DNA of 64,000 nt from Patescibacteria group bacterium (GCA_038062675.1 JBBTWP010000004.1:6751-70750), one strand, 5' to 3'; positions 8,574 to 18,544 are shown, counted from the stretch's first letter. Numbers and translations are program-made. The notes: a model not told the origin generated them from the letters alone.

Positions 8574-11500
8574 ATGAAAACATTACGCGAACAAGAAAAT
8601 TTTGATGCGATCATCCTTAAGCTTGCATCACCTGACCGTATCAAGGAGTGGTCATACGGAGAAGTGGCAAAACCAGAGACGATCAACTATCGTACTCAAC
8701 GCAGCGAGCGTGGCGGTTTGTTTGACGAGCGCATCTTTGGACCTGAGAAGGATTACGAATGTTACTGTGGAAAGTATAAGCGCATTCGTTACAAAAATAT
8801 TATTTGTGAAAAATGCGGCGTTGAAGTCACCCGCAGTATTGTGCGTCGCGAACGCATGGGTCACATTGAGCTTGCAAGTCCTGTTGCACACATTTGGTTC
8901 CTCCGCAGTATTCCTTCACGTATGGGGCTCATCCTCAATCTTCCGATTGTTGATCTTGAAAAAGTTATTTACTTTGCAGGATACATCATCACGAGTGTAA
9001 ACCTTGGTGACAAGGAGCGCTTGATGAAGGAGTTGGACTCTGAGTACAAGTCAAAGTTCAAAAACTTGACTGACGAGAAAGGAAAAGAAAAACTTAAAGA
9101 GCTTCTCTTGACTGCAAAGCATGACGTGGAGTCGCTTGTGGAAGGACGTGTGCTTGATGAAATGACATATCACAAGTTTGCGCTTAAGTACGGAACAGCG
9201 TTCGAGGCAGGTATCGGGGCAGAAGCGATTTACAATATTTTCAAGAAGCTCGATTTGGCAAAATTGCGCGAGCGTCTTCAGGCTGAAATGGAAAAAGCAG
9301 GTTCTGTTGAACGACAAAAACTCAATAAGCGTATTGGTATTGTGAAGTCCATGATGGCTTCCGGAGTACGCCCCGAGTGGATGTTTATCAGTGTCATTCC
9401 TATCATTCCTCCTGCACTTCGCCCGATGGTTGCTCTCGAGGGAGGTCGCCATGCAACATCAGACTTGAATGATCTTTATCGTCGTGTTATCAATCGTAAT
9501 AATCGCTTAAAGAAACTCAAAGAGATTGGTGCGCCTGACGTGATTCTCCGTAACGAGAAACGTATTTTACAGGAAGCCGTTGACTCACTTATTGATAACT
9601 CGATCCGTCGCGTGCAGTCAGTGGCGATGAATCAAGCACAAAAGCGCACATTGAAGTCACTCTCAGATACGCTTAAAGGAAAACAAGGTCTTTTCCGTCA
9701 GAACCTTCTCGGCAAGCGCGTGGACTACTCGGGTCGTTCGGTGATTGTGGTGGGTCCAAAACTTTCTCTGGATCAGTGCGGGCTTCCAAAACACATGGCA
9801 CTCGAGCTCTTCCGTCCGTTTATTGTCTCAAAAATTCTTGAGCGTGAACTTGCATACAATATTCGCGGGGCAAACAAACTCATCGATGAGGGCGTACCAG
9901 AAGTATGGGCAATTCTTGAAGGTGTGATTAAAGGGAAGTACGTTCTTTTGAACCGCGCACCTACGCTTCACCGTCTCGGTATTCAGGCGTTCCACCCTGT
10001 GCTCATTGAGGGTAATGCTATTCAAGTACACCCACTCGTATGTACAGCGTTTAACGCTGACTTCGATGGTGACCAAATGGCGGTACACGTACCTCTTTCG
10101 ATTGCTGCTCAAGACGAGGCAAAAAACCTCATGGCGGCAAACAAAAACCTTTTGAGTCCGGGAAACGGCGATCCTATTGTTAACCCAAAACTCGACATTG
10201 TGCTTGGTTGTTATTCAATGACAAAAATCGTAGAAGGTGAAAAAGGTGAAGGAAAGATTTTCCCAACACCAAACAATGCTATTACCGCGTATGACTTCGA
10301 CGCCGTAGGATTCCGTGCAAAGATTAAAGTCATGGGAACCGATGCAATAAAGTATAGCCAATTTGAAGGCGCTATTTTCGAAACCTCAGTAGGACGCTTG
10401 CTCTTCAATAGTGTGCTTCCTTCGGACTTCCCTTATATCAACAAAGAGATCAACAAGAAAGAACTCGAGTCTCTTGTTGATGAGCTCATCAATGTTTACG
10501 GAATCGATGCAACGCCTGCGGTACTCGACAAGATTAAAGGATTCGGTTTCAAGTATGCAAGCAAGGCTGGTATGACATGGGGTATTGACGAAATTCAGGT
10601 TCCTAAAGAGAAAAAAGAAATCATTGGTCGTGCACGCGTACTCGCTGACACTGTTCGCGAAGAATATAGCGAAGGACTTCTCTCTGAAGAAGAGCGTTAC
10701 CGAAAGACGATTGAGATTTGGCAGGGTGCTCGCGGAGAAATTGAAAAACTCATGCCGGGAACACTCGCTAAGAACGGTTCTGTGGAAGACATGATTAAGT
10801 CAGGTGCCCGCGGTGCTATTTCGAACATCGTAAACATGGGAGGTATGACCGGTCTCATCACCAACACTCAGGGTCGCGCTATCGACTTCCCGATTATTCC
10901 TTCAAGTAAGGAAGGTTTGTCTCCTATTGAATATTTCGTCACGACGCACGGTTCACGCAAAGGTCTTGCCGACACCGCGCTCAACACCGCGAAGGCTGGA
11001 TACCTCACTCGTCGTATTGTGGATGTGGCTCAGGACGCTATTATTACGGAAGAGGATTGTGGCGATAAAGAAGGAAAACTCATTAAGAAGGAAAACCTTG
11101 TCGGGTTTGATATTCCTCTTGCTCGCAATCTCAAGGGACGTGTACTTATCGAGGAAATCAAAGATGCTTCAGGTGAAACTCTTTTCAAGAAGGGTCATTT
11201 GATGACAAAGCACGAGGCGAAAGAGGCTGAGAAATATGTTTCTGAAGTCTTGGTGCGTTCACCGCTCTCATGCAAAACTCGCCATGGAGTATGTCGCAAG
11301 TGTTATGGTTTGGACATTGGTAGAAACGAACTCGTGAAGCTTGGTGAGTCAGTGGGTATTATTGCCGCACAGGCAATTGGTGAGCCGGGAACCCAGCTCA
11401 CGATGCGTACGTTCCATGCCGGAGGAGTTGCATCAGCCGGAGGAGATATTACGATGGGTCTTCCGCGCGTTGAAGAAATCTTCGAGTGCCGTATTCCAAA

Positions 11501-12218
11501 AAGTATCGCAATTGTCAGCCGCACATCGGGGGTTGTGCTTGACGTCGTAAAAGACAACAAGGAACTCAAGATTACGGTTCTTCCGGGAGAAGGAGAAGGA
11601 AAGAAAAAGGGAGACAGTATTGAGTATGCAACAACAATTTCACGTACTTCATTTGTGAGGATTGGTGACAAGGTTGTGAAAGGACAGCATCTCACTGATG
11701 GTTCTGCTGATATTGGTGAAGTCTTTGAGTACGCAGGAAAAGATGCAGCAGAAAACTACATCATTGCCGAGGTCTTGAAAATTTACGAATTGCAAGGCGC
11801 GTCAATTTCACGAAAGCACATCGAGGTGATTATTCGCCAAATGTTCTCACGCCGCAAGGTGAAGGAATCAGGAGATACAAAGTTTAACCGCGGAGATATT
11901 ATTGAGCAGAATGATCTTGCGGAAGAAAACGAGCGCACCGAGAAAGCAGGTGGAGAGAAAGCAAAAGCTGATCCAATCGTACGCGGTATTTCCGAGGTTG
12001 CCCTCACGACGAAGAGTTGGCTCTCAGCGGCTTCGTTTGAAAACACGACACGTATCCTCATCAACACTGCAATCAAGGGAGGTGTGGACACGCTCCGCGG
12101 ACTCAAAGAGAATGTTATCATTGGTAATTTGATTCCTGCGGGAACAGGGTTTGGTCTTACAAAAAAAGATAGAAGCTTACCAGGGAGTGTAGAAGAGGAG
12201 GAAAAGAAAAACGCGTAG
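8574..12218 (+). CDS. rpoC: DNA-directed RNA polymerase subunit beta'
   Basis: 1214 aa. Zn-binding [23 protein letters not shown], catalytic [12 protein letters not shown], and bridge-helix/trigger-loop blocks. Confidence 0.97.
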   Translation: MKTLREQENFDAIILKLASPDRIKEWSYGEVAKPETINYRTQRSERGGLFDERIFGPEKDYECYCGKYKRIRYKNIICEKCGVEVTRSIVRRERMGHIELASPVAHIWFLRSIPSRMGLILNLPIVDLEKVIYFAGYIITSVNLGDKERLMKELDSEYKSKFKNLTDEKGKEKLKELLLTAKHDVESLVEGRVLDEMTYHKFALKYGTAFEAGIGAEAIYNIFKKLDLAKLRERLQAEMEKAGSVERQKLNKRIGIVKSMMASGVRPEWMFISVIPIIPPALRPMVALEGGRHATSDLNDLYRRVINRNNRLKKLKEIGAPDVILRNEKRILQEAVDSLIDNSIRRVQSVAMNQAQKRTLKSLSDTLKGKQGLFRQNLLGKRVDYSGRSVIVVGPKLSLDQCGLPKHMALELFRPFIVSKILERELAYNIRGANKLIDEGVPEVWAILEGVIKGKYVLLNRAPTLHRLGIQAFHPVLIEGNAIQVHPLVCTAFNADFDGDQMAVHVPLSIAAQDEAKNLMAANKNLLSPGNGDPIVNPKLDIVLGCYSMTKIVEGEKGEGKIFPTPNNAITAYDFDAVGFRAKIKVMGTDAIKYSQFEGAIFETSVGRLLFNSVLPSDFPYINKEINKKELESLVDELINVYGIDATPAVLDKIKGFGFKYASKAGMTWGIDEIQVPKEKKEIIGRARVLADTVREEYSEGLLSEEERYRKTIEIWQGARGEIEKLMPGTLAKNGSVEDMIKSGARGAISNIVNMGGMTGLITNTQGRAIDFPIIPSSKEGLSPIEYFVTTHGSRKGLADTALNTAKAGYLTRRIVDVAQDAIITEEDCGDKEGKLIKKENLVGFDIPLARNLKGRVLIEEIKDASGETLFKKGHLMTKHEAKEAEKYVSEVLVRSPLSCKTRHGVCRKCYGLDIGRNELVKLGESVGIIAAQAIGEPGTQLTMRTFHAGGVASAGGDITMGLPRVEEIFECRIPKSIAIVSRTSGVVLDVVKDNKELKITVLPGEGEGKKKGDSIEYATTISRTSFVRIGDKVVKGQHLTDGSADIGEVFEYAGKDAAENYIIAEVLKIYELQGASISRKHIEVIIRQMFSRRKVKESGDTKFNRGDIIEQNDLAEENERTEKAGGEKAKADPIVRGISEVALTTKSWLSAASFENTTRILINTAIKGGVDTLRGLKENVIIGNLIPAGTGFGLTKKDRSLPGSVEEEEKKNA

Positions 12219-12299
12219 GTTTTTTTCGGAGGGTTCTTTTGCGGATGGGGTTTGCTACGCTACTTGCTCGGTGCACAGTAATAATTCTTCAACGAAATT

Positions 12300-14030
12300 A
12301 TGTCTTCAGTCATCGAAGAAATTAAATCACGCCTAAATATCGTAGATGTTGCGAGTTCGTATCTCAAGCTCGAAGGAGCAGGAGGGAGTTTTAAAGCGCG
12401 GTGTCCCTTCCATAGTGAGAAGTCAGCATCGTTCTTTATTTCGCCGGCACGGCAGACATACCATTGTTTCGGATGCAATCGTGGAGGCGACCTTATTTCC
12501 TTTGTGGAGGAAATCGAGGGGCTCGATTTTTCCGGAGCATTAAAAGTTCTAGCGGAGCGTGCGGGGATAGAGCTCCAGCCTCAAAAAGCATTCAGTAAAG
12601 AAAGCAAAGATGAACGCGAGGCACTCTATCACGCACTCGACTGGGCGACAAAGTTCTATCAGGCAGTTTTGCCAAAATTTCCTGAGGCGCTCAAATATCT
12701 GCACACGCGCGGACTGACGGATGAAACCATAAAGAATTTCCGAGTTGGATTTGCTCCCGATGAATGGAATTCGCTTTCTGATTTTTTGAAAAAGAAAGGA
12801 GTTTCCGAGCAGACGATGGAACGTGCTGGGCTTGTGGTGCGTGGGACAAAAGGAGTCTACGATAGGTTTCGCGGGCGAGTGATGTTTCCGCTCACCGATA
12901 TGTCAGGGCGTGTCATTGCGTTCTCGGGGCGCATCTTGAAAGAAGAAGCAGGAAAGACGTTGGGTGCGTCAGCGCAGGCAAAGTATGTAAATAGTCCCGA
13001 GACGGAGGTCTTCCAAAAATCACGCGTTCTTTTTGGATTTTCTCAAGCGAAACAGGAAATGCGCCGGAGGGATATGGCGGTGTTGGTGGAAGGACAGATG
13101 GACCTCATTCTTTCGCATCAAGCGGGGGTTGCCTGCACAGTGGCATCTTCGGGAACGGCCTTGACGTCCGAGCAACTTGCGCTTATTAAACGTTTTACCA
13201 AAAATGTAGTGATTGCATTTGACGCTGATTCTGCGGGAAACACCGCGGCACTTCGCGGTGTAGGACTTGCACTTGCGCAAGGAATGACGGTGCGTATTGC
13301 TCATTTGCCCAAAGGAAGTGACCCTGCAGACATGGCGCTCAAAGATCCTCAAGTATGGCGTGCGACTGTCGAAGAAGCGAAACAAGTTATTGATTTCTAT
13401 CTCGAGACGTTACCTCTCGAGCACATAAATCGCGCGGTGCTTCGTGCAAAAGTTTCTGAGATTGTCATTCCGTTTATCGCTGAACTTCAAAGTTCTATCG
13501 ATCAAGGATATTATGTGGGGCAGGTGGCGAAACTCTTGGGCGTTAAAGATGAACCGGTGTGGGAGGAGGTGAAGAAACGGGGGGTGCAAGGTCATGCAAG
13601 TTCTGAAGTTCAAATTCCAACTGCTCCGATTCTTTCCAGAAAATCTCGTCTGGCACGAATCATTGAAGGAGTGCTTTTGTGGCAAGAGCAAGAAAAAACT
13701 CCCTTGCTTACTGATCTTAAAAAACATCGTGCACGATTTTCTGAGCTCGTCTCGCTTCTTGGTGGAGCAGAAAAAAATGAGCGACCTCCGGGGGAGGCAG
13801 AGAAACTCATTTTTGAAGCAGAGATACGGTTTCAGGGAATAGAAACGCCCGATAAAGAGCTTGAAGAGCTTTTACAAAACTTTGAAGATGAATTACTGAG
13901 GGAGCGGTTGGCTCGAAAAATGGAGGAACTCAAAATGGCAGAAACACGAGGGGATATACAGGGGGCACACACGATTCTCGCCGAATGTCAGGAGCTCTCA
14001 AAGAAATTACACGTAACAAAAAATTTTTAA
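12300..14030 (+). CDS. dnaG: DNA primase
   Basis: CHC2 zinc finger (CPFHSEKSASFFISPARQTYHCFGC) and TOPRIM motifs (LVEGQMDLI, AFDADSAG). Confidence 0.93.
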   Translation: MSSVIEEIKSRLNIVDVASSYLKLEGAGGSFKARCPFHSEKSASFFISPARQTYHCFGCNRGGDLISFVEEIEGLDFSGALKVLAERAGIELQPQKAFSKESKDEREALYHALDWATKFYQAVLPKFPEALKYLHTRGLTDETIKNFRVGFAPDEWNSLSDFLKKKGVSEQTMERAGLVVRGTKGVYDRFRGRVMFPLTDMSGRVIAFSGRILKEEAGKTLGASAQAKYVNSPETEVFQKSRVLFGFSQAKQEMRRRDMAVLVEGQMDLILSHQAGVACTVASSGTALTSEQLALIKRFTKNVVIAFDADSAGNTAALRGVGLALAQGMTVRIAHLPKGSDPADMALKDPQVWRATVEEAKQVIDFYLETLPLEHINRAVLRAKVSEIVIPFIAELQSSIDQGYYVGQVAKLLGVKDEPVWEEVKKRGVQGHASSEVQIPTAPILSRKSRLARIIEGVLLWQEQEKTPLLTDLKKHRARFSELVSLLGGAEKNERPPGEAEKLIFEAEIRFQGIETPDKELEELLQNFEDELLRERLARKMEELKMAETRGDIQGAHTILAECQELSKKLHVTKNF

Positions 14031-14031
14031 T

Positions 14032-15345
14032 ATGATCAAGAAAAACCCATCAACAAAAAAAATGGCATCATCAAAAAAGCCTGTGGCATCCGCTGGAAAA
14101 AAGAAAGTAATCGAAAAAGAAAAAAAACCTCTCGGTAAAGCGGTTAAAAAGGTTGTGCCAGTAAAAAAGGTTGTGGTAAAAAAGCCGGTGAAAAAAGTTG
14201 TTAAGGCTGCAACCTCAAAGAAACCTGCAGGTAAGGCGGTGAAGAAAGTTGCGTCAAAAACCGGCGGAAAGAAAAGCGGTAACTGGGAAGAAAAAGCGGC
14301 ACGCCTTATTTTAAAGGGTCGCGCGCGCGGATTTATCACCTTTAATGAAATTTTGAAAGAATTTCCACTTATTGAACAGGATATTTTGTTTCTTGATCAG
14401 CTGTATGAAAAACTCGGTGATGCAGGTGTGGATATCCTTGAAAGCGGCGGGCTTTTGGAGATTGAACCCGAGGAAGCGATTTCCCACAAAAAATATATTT
14501 ATAAAAGTGGCGACTCTTCGTACGACTCCATTCAAATGTACTTGAAAGAGATTGGACAGTACCCGCTCCTTTCACCGGTAGATGAGCGCACACTTGCACA
14601 GCGCATTCAGGCGGGAGATATGGAGGCAAAAAATTTACTCGCGCGTGCAAACTTGCGTCTCGTGGTTTCGATTGCAAAGAAATATGTGGGACGCAGTGCG
14701 GATCTTACGCTTCTTGACCTCATTCAAGAAGGGAACCTCGGTCTCTTTAAGGCAGTGGAGAAGTTTGAATGGGAGAAAGGATACAAGTTCTCAACCTACG
14801 CGACATGGTGGATCCGTCAGGCTATTACACGCGCGCTTGCTGATCAGTCACGTACGATTCGTATTCCGGTTCATATGGTGGAAACGATTTCGAAATATAA
14901 GCAGGTGGTGCGCCGTCTCTCGCAAGATCTTGGTCGCGAACCTCTTGCAGAAGAGGTCGCGACAGAAATGGGGCTTGAGGTTGAAAAAATCTATAACATT
15001 AAAAACATTGACCACGACACGGTGTCGCTTGAGAAATCTATTGGAGACGATGACGACAAATCAACGCTTGGTGAATTTATCGCCGATGACAAAATTCTTT
15101 CTCCGGACCAAGAGTCGGCGCGTCGCATTCTTTCTGATCAAGTAAAAGAAATTTTGGACGACCTTTCAGAAAAGGAGCGCAAGATTCTTGAAATGCGCCA
15201 CGGTTTGGTGGGCGGTATTGTACACACACTCGAAGAAGTGGGCAAGGAGTTCGGGGTGACACGTGAGCGCATTCGTCAGATTGAGGCAAAGGCGATTGAA
15301 AAGATTCGCCAACATGAGAAGGTGGGGAAGTTGAAGAATTATTAA
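14032..15345 (+). CDS. rpoD: Primary RNA polymerase sigma factor (sigma70 family) with a Lys-rich N-terminal extension
   Basis: Region 2 (YATWWIRQAITRA), region 3 and region 4.2 (LEEVGKEFGVTRERIRQIEAKA). The first roughly 85 aa are KKxV/AGK-type low complexity. The ATG lies 1 nt after the dnaG stop. Confidence 0.93.
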   Translation: MIKKNPSTKKMASSKKPVASAGKKKVIEKEKKPLGKAVKKVVPVKKVVVKKPVKKVVKAATSKKPAGKAVKKVASKTGGKKSGNWEEKAARLILKGRARGFITFNEILKEFPLIEQDILFLDQLYEKLGDAGVDILESGGLLEIEPEEAISHKKYIYKSGDSSYDSIQMYLKEIGQYPLLSPVDERTLAQRIQAGDMEAKNLLARANLRLVVSIAKKYVGRSADLTLLDLIQEGNLGLFKAVEKFEWEKGYKFSTYATWWIRQAITRALADQSRTIRIPVHMVETISKYKQVVRRLSQDLGREPLAEEVATEMGLEVEKIYNIKNIDHDTVSLEKSIGDDDDKSTLGEFIADDKILSPDQESARRILSDQVKEILDDLSEKERKILEMRHGLVGGIVHTLEEVGKEFGVTRERIRQIEAKAIEKIRQHEKVGKLKNY

Positions 15346-15355
15346 TTCGGCGCTA

Positions 15356-15493
15356 CGTGCGACAAGTCTTTTTCAGGGTACGGATATTCTGGTCGCGCCC
15401 AAAGGACTTGCGCGACACGATTCCGCAGAATCGAAAATCCTGAAGTTCTCGCGCCGTCGCGCTCCCTAGTCCCTGAAAAAGACTTGTCGCACG
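15356..15493 (+). repeat. Structured intergenic element E1 (conserved core, 23-bp perfect outer stem, apical domain = one U unit at 15392-15428)
   Basis: CGTGCGACAAGTCTTTTTCAGGG (15356-15378) pairs perfectly with CCCTGAAAAAGACTTGTCGCACG (15471-15493). The core GGGTACGGAT ... ATCCTGAAGTTCTCGCGCCGTCGCGCTC is shared with E2 and E3. Starts 11 nt after the rpoD stop. Confidence 0.8.
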
Positions 15494-15529
15494 CGCGGAG
15501 TTAATAATGTCTTCATGAAAAAGAAAAAA

Positions 15530-15549
15530 GGCGGACATTCCTGTCCGCC
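15530..15549 (-). terminator. Intrinsic terminator of the 85-aa membrane-protein gene
   Basis: GGCGGACA ttcc TGTCCGCC hairpin. On the minus strand it is followed by CTTTTTTCTTTTTC. Confidence 0.7.
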
Positions 15550-15567
15550 TTTCGAGTTTTAGGCGAT

Positions 15568-15825
15568 TCATTTTTTTGGATCTTCCTCTTCTTCCATATG
15601 GACTTCTGGTTGAAGTAAGCCGATTTTTGCTAAATAACAAAGAGTGCATCCAACCGAATACAGTACAAGGTAAATAAACACCCACAGCCCGACTGTTGAC
15701 ACCAGAATCCCTTGCCGTAGCACGGCACCATTGTTCATCCAGAGTTCATGCATCGTCAGTGTTCCTAGTGTTGCCAGTACAAAAGCAATGACTCCATTTG
15801 GGTATTTCTTAGGTTTCACGATCAT
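15568..15825 (-). CDS. Small membrane protein (85 aa, 2 predicted TM segments, acidic C-terminus)
   Basis: GAGGAGG Shine-Dalgarno 8 nt upstream of the ATG, its own consensus promoter and terminator, two hydrophobic stretches. No recognisable family. Confidence 0.55.
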   Translation of the reverse strand: MIVKPKKYPNGVIAFVLATLGTLTMHELWMNNGAVLRQGILVSTVGLWVFIYLVLYSVGCTLCYLAKIGLLQPEVHMEEEEDPKK

Positions 15826-15870
15826 CTATTTTTCCTCCTCTTTTGGGAATGTTCAAATGTAGCTTTTTCA

Positions 15871-15899
15871 ATTATACACCCAAACGTGGGACTTGTCAA
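15871..15899 (-). promoter_or_regulatory. Consensus sigma70 promoter (TTGACA - 17 nt - TATAAT) for the 85-aa gene
   Basis: Minus strand reads TTGACAagtcccacgtttgggtgTATAAT. The -35 hexamer overlaps a plus-strand TTGTCA (15893-15898). Confidence 0.65.
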
Positions 15900-15928
15900 T
15901 ACCACGCTTGCGTGCTAGAGTGGGGGAT

Positions 15929-17287
15929 ATGAATGAGGTTAAAAACACTCACAAAAGCAAGGAAAACCAACCTCTTTCGGAGGCGCTTGTTCGTCATATC
16001 TCGGCGACAAAGAATGAGCCGGCGTGGATGCTGGAAAAGCGCCTCGCGGCGTACGAGCTGTACCAGAAAGCACCCATGCCAAAGTGGGGGCCTTCGCTCG
16101 CGAATCTTGATCTTGATGGTATGAATTTTTACGCTGACCCCGGAGTTGCCGAGACTGATGCATGGGAGGACTTGCCAGCAGAAATTACAGAAACATTTGA
16201 AAAACTCGGTATTCCAAAAGCAGAGCGCGAGTACCTTGGTGGCGTGGGTGCGCAGTATGACTCAGGGATTGTGTACCATCGTCTGAAACAGTCGCTTGCC
16301 GACAAGGGGGTGATTTTTGAAAACATGGATGTTGCACTCCAAAAATATCCTGAGCTCGTGCAGAAATATTTCATGACAAAGTGCGTGCCGATTACCGACC
16401 ACAAGTTCGTCATGCTTCATGCGGCAGTGTGGAGTGGTGGGACGTTTATCTACGTCCCCAAGGGGGTAAAAGTTGGCATGCCACTCCAAGCGTATTTTCG
16501 TATGAACCGCGAACGCAGTGCACAGTTTGAGCACACGCTTATCATTGCAGACGAAGGTTCGGAGATCGAGTACATTGAAGGGTGTTCGGCGCCACGATAT
16601 AATTTTTCTTCACTTCATGCGGGGTGTGTCGAGATTTTTGTGCATGCAGGGGCGAAGGCAAAATATGTGAGCATTGAAAACTGGTCGCTCAATACGTACA
16701 ACTTGAACACCAAGCGCGCCATTGTGGAAAAGGATGCTGAAATAAAATGGGTGAACGGCAACATGGGTTCGGGGGTGACGATGCTCTATCCTTCGTCGGT
16801 GCTCGTGGGGGAGGGTGCTCGTGCCGACAACTTGGGGCTCGTAATTGCGGGAAAAGGACAAGTGCAGGATACGGGCGCGAAGTCGATTCACCTTGCGCCA
16901 CACACGACCTCAACTATCTATTCAAAGTCTATTTCAAAAGATGGTGGCATTGCAAACTATCGTGGGCTCATTAAAGTTTCTTCTCGTGCGCATGGGTCGC
17001 GTGCGTCGCTTGTGTGTGACTCGCTTCTTCTCGACAAGGGGTCGAAGGCAAATGCGTTTCCTGCGGTTGAGAATGCAAACGACGACGTGGAGATTTCGCA
17101 CGAAGCGCGTATTGGGCGCATTGGTGACGAAGAGATTTTCTATTTGAAGACACGCGGGTTTACGGAGTCTGCTGCGGTGCGCCTCGCGGTTAATGGTTTC
17201 GCACAGCCAATCATTAAAGAACTTCCTCTCGAGTACGCGGTCGAGCTCAATAAATTGATTGCGCTTGAAATGGGGGAGGATGCGTGA
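15929..17287 (+). CDS. sufB: Fe-S cluster assembly scaffold protein SufB
   Basis: Full-length SufB-like sequence (FEHTLIIADEGSEIEYIEGCSAP, NTKRAIVEKDAEIKWVNGNMGS, ISHEARIGRIGDEEIFYL). ATG at 15929 is preceded by GGGGGA. The track start at 15893 is a non-ATG codon inside the promoter. Confidence 0.93.
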   Translation: MNEVKNTHKSKENQPLSEALVRHISATKNEPAWMLEKRLAAYELYQKAPMPKWGPSLANLDLDGMNFYADPGVAETDAWEDLPAEITETFEKLGIPKAEREYLGGVGAQYDSGIVYHRLKQSLADKGVIFENMDVALQKYPELVQKYFMTKCVPITDHKFVMLHAAVWSGGTFIYVPKGVKVGMPLQAYFRMNRERSAQFEHTLIIADEGSEIEYIEGCSAPRYNFSSLHAGCVEIFVHAGAKAKYVSIENWSLNTYNLNTKRAIVEKDAEIKWVNGNMGSGVTMLYPSSVLVGEGARADNLGLVIAGKGQVQDTGAKSIHLAPHTTSTIYSKSISKDGGIANYRGLIKVSSRAHGSRASLVCDSLLLDKGSKANAFPAVENANDDVEISHEARIGRIGDEEIFYLKTRGFTESAAVRLAVNGFAQPIIKELPLEYAVELNKLIALEMGEDA

Positions 17288-17299
17288 TCTGTTTTTTGT

Positions 17300-18544
17300 A
17301 TGATTGATAAGAATATTAAAAAAGATTTTCCAATTTTTGGCCAAGGTCTCGGTGAGGGGCAGGGTTTTGCGTATTTAGACACGGCAGCGACGTCGCAGAC
17401 GCCGAAAGTGGTACTTGATGCAATGGAGGAATATTACACAAAGTTTCGTGCGAATATTCACCGTGGAACATATAAAGCGGGGCAAACTGCGAGTGAGGCG
17501 TACGAGGATGCGCGGGCGAGCGTAGCGCGTTTTATTGGTGCGGAGAAGCAGGAAGTCATTTTTACAAGCGGCGCGACGGCATCATCAAATATGCTGGTTT
17601 CCATGCTTGAGCATTCAAAATTCCAAGGGTTACCCTTGGAAGAGGGGGGTGAAATCGTTACGACCGCGATGGAGCATCACGCGAGCCTCATTCCGCTTCA
17701 AGAACTTGCGCGACGGCACGATTTGGATTTGAAGCACCTTCCACTGGTAGATAATGGAGTTGCACTTAATTATGATGTGGTGGAGAAATTTATAACTCCG
17801 AAAACAAAAATAGTGAGCGTGATGCTTGCGTCGAATGTGACGGGGGTGATCAACGATGTGGCGCGCATTGCGGAGGTTGCGCATAAGGTCGGCGCGCTTG
17901 TGGTGTGTGATGCTACGGCAGCAGCGGGGCACATGTCGGTTGATGTGAAAAAACTCGACGTCGATTTTCTGTATTTTTCGGGGCACAAGATGTGCGGTCC
18001 GACGGGGGTGGGAGTGCTCTGGGGGCGCGCTGAACTTTTAAAAAATCTTGAACCGGGTGTGTATGGTGGGGGGATTGTGGATGAAGTGACGCTTGCGCGT
18101 GCAACGTGGCGCGGGATTCCCGAACGGTTTGAAGCGGGGACACCGAACATAGGAGGGGTGATTGGGCTTGGTGCGGCGGTCAAATACCTGGAAAAAGTTG
18201 GGGTGGATAATGTTCACGCGCATAGTGCAAAACTCGCGGAGGAGGCAATTGCGCGTCTTGAGGAAATTTCTGGTGTGCGGGTGATTGCGGAGCGTGATGG
18301 TATAAAAAATGTCGGCATTGTTTCGTTTGTCGTCGAGGGGGTTCACCCCCATGATGTTGCAGAAATTTTGGGTCGGGAAGGTGTCGCAATCCGTGCGGGG
18401 CACCACTGCGCGATGCCCTTGGTGACCGATGCACTCGGAGTGACTGCGGTGTCTCGTGCCAGTTTTTATTTGTATAATACTGCGGAAGACATTGACGCGC
18501 TTATGAATGGAGTGAAGAAAGCACAAGCGGTTTTTGAAAAATAA
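17300..18544 (+). CDS. sufS: Cysteine desulfurase, SufS-type (class V aminotransferase)
   Basis: PLP-lysine motif FSGHKMCGPTGVGVL and catalytic cysteine loop RAGHHCAMPL. Adjacent to sufB. Confidence 0.9.
   Translation: MIDKNIKKDFPIFGQGLGEGQGFAYLDTAATSQTPKVVLDAMEEYYTKFRANIHRGTYKAGQTASEAYEDARASVARFIGAEKQEVIFTSGATASSNMLVSMLEHSKFQGLPLEEGGEIVTTAMEHHASLIPLQELARRHDLDLKHLPLVDNGVALNYDVVEKFITPKTKIVSVMLASNVTGVINDVARIAEVAHKVGALVVCDATAAAGHMSVDVKKLDVDFLYFSGHKMCGPTGVGVLWGRAELLKNLEPGVYGGGIVDEVTLARATWRGIPERFEAGTPNIGGVIGLGAAVKYLEKVGVDNVHAHSAKLAEEAIARLEEISGVRVIAERDGIKNVGIVSFVVEGVHPHDVAEILGREGVAIRAGHHCAMPLVTDALGVTAVSRASFYLYNTAEDIDALMNGVKKAQAVFEK

Noticed and set aside
14007-14339. 110-aa minus-strand ORF opposite the 5' end of rpoD.
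   Set aside because: It is a Phe/Thr-rich mirror translation of the Lys-rich (AAR-codon) region of rpoD and has no independent signals.
15440-15465. The CTGAAGT in the E-element core resembles the hammerhead CUGAnGA box, and a GAAAC follows in E2. Considered a self-cleaving ribozyme.
   Set aside because: The box has U instead of the invariant A9. The GAAA element is present only in E2 (E1 has CCTAG, E3 has CAAAA). The three-helix junction geometry does not fit. I could not match twister, pistol, hatchet or HDV-like cores either.
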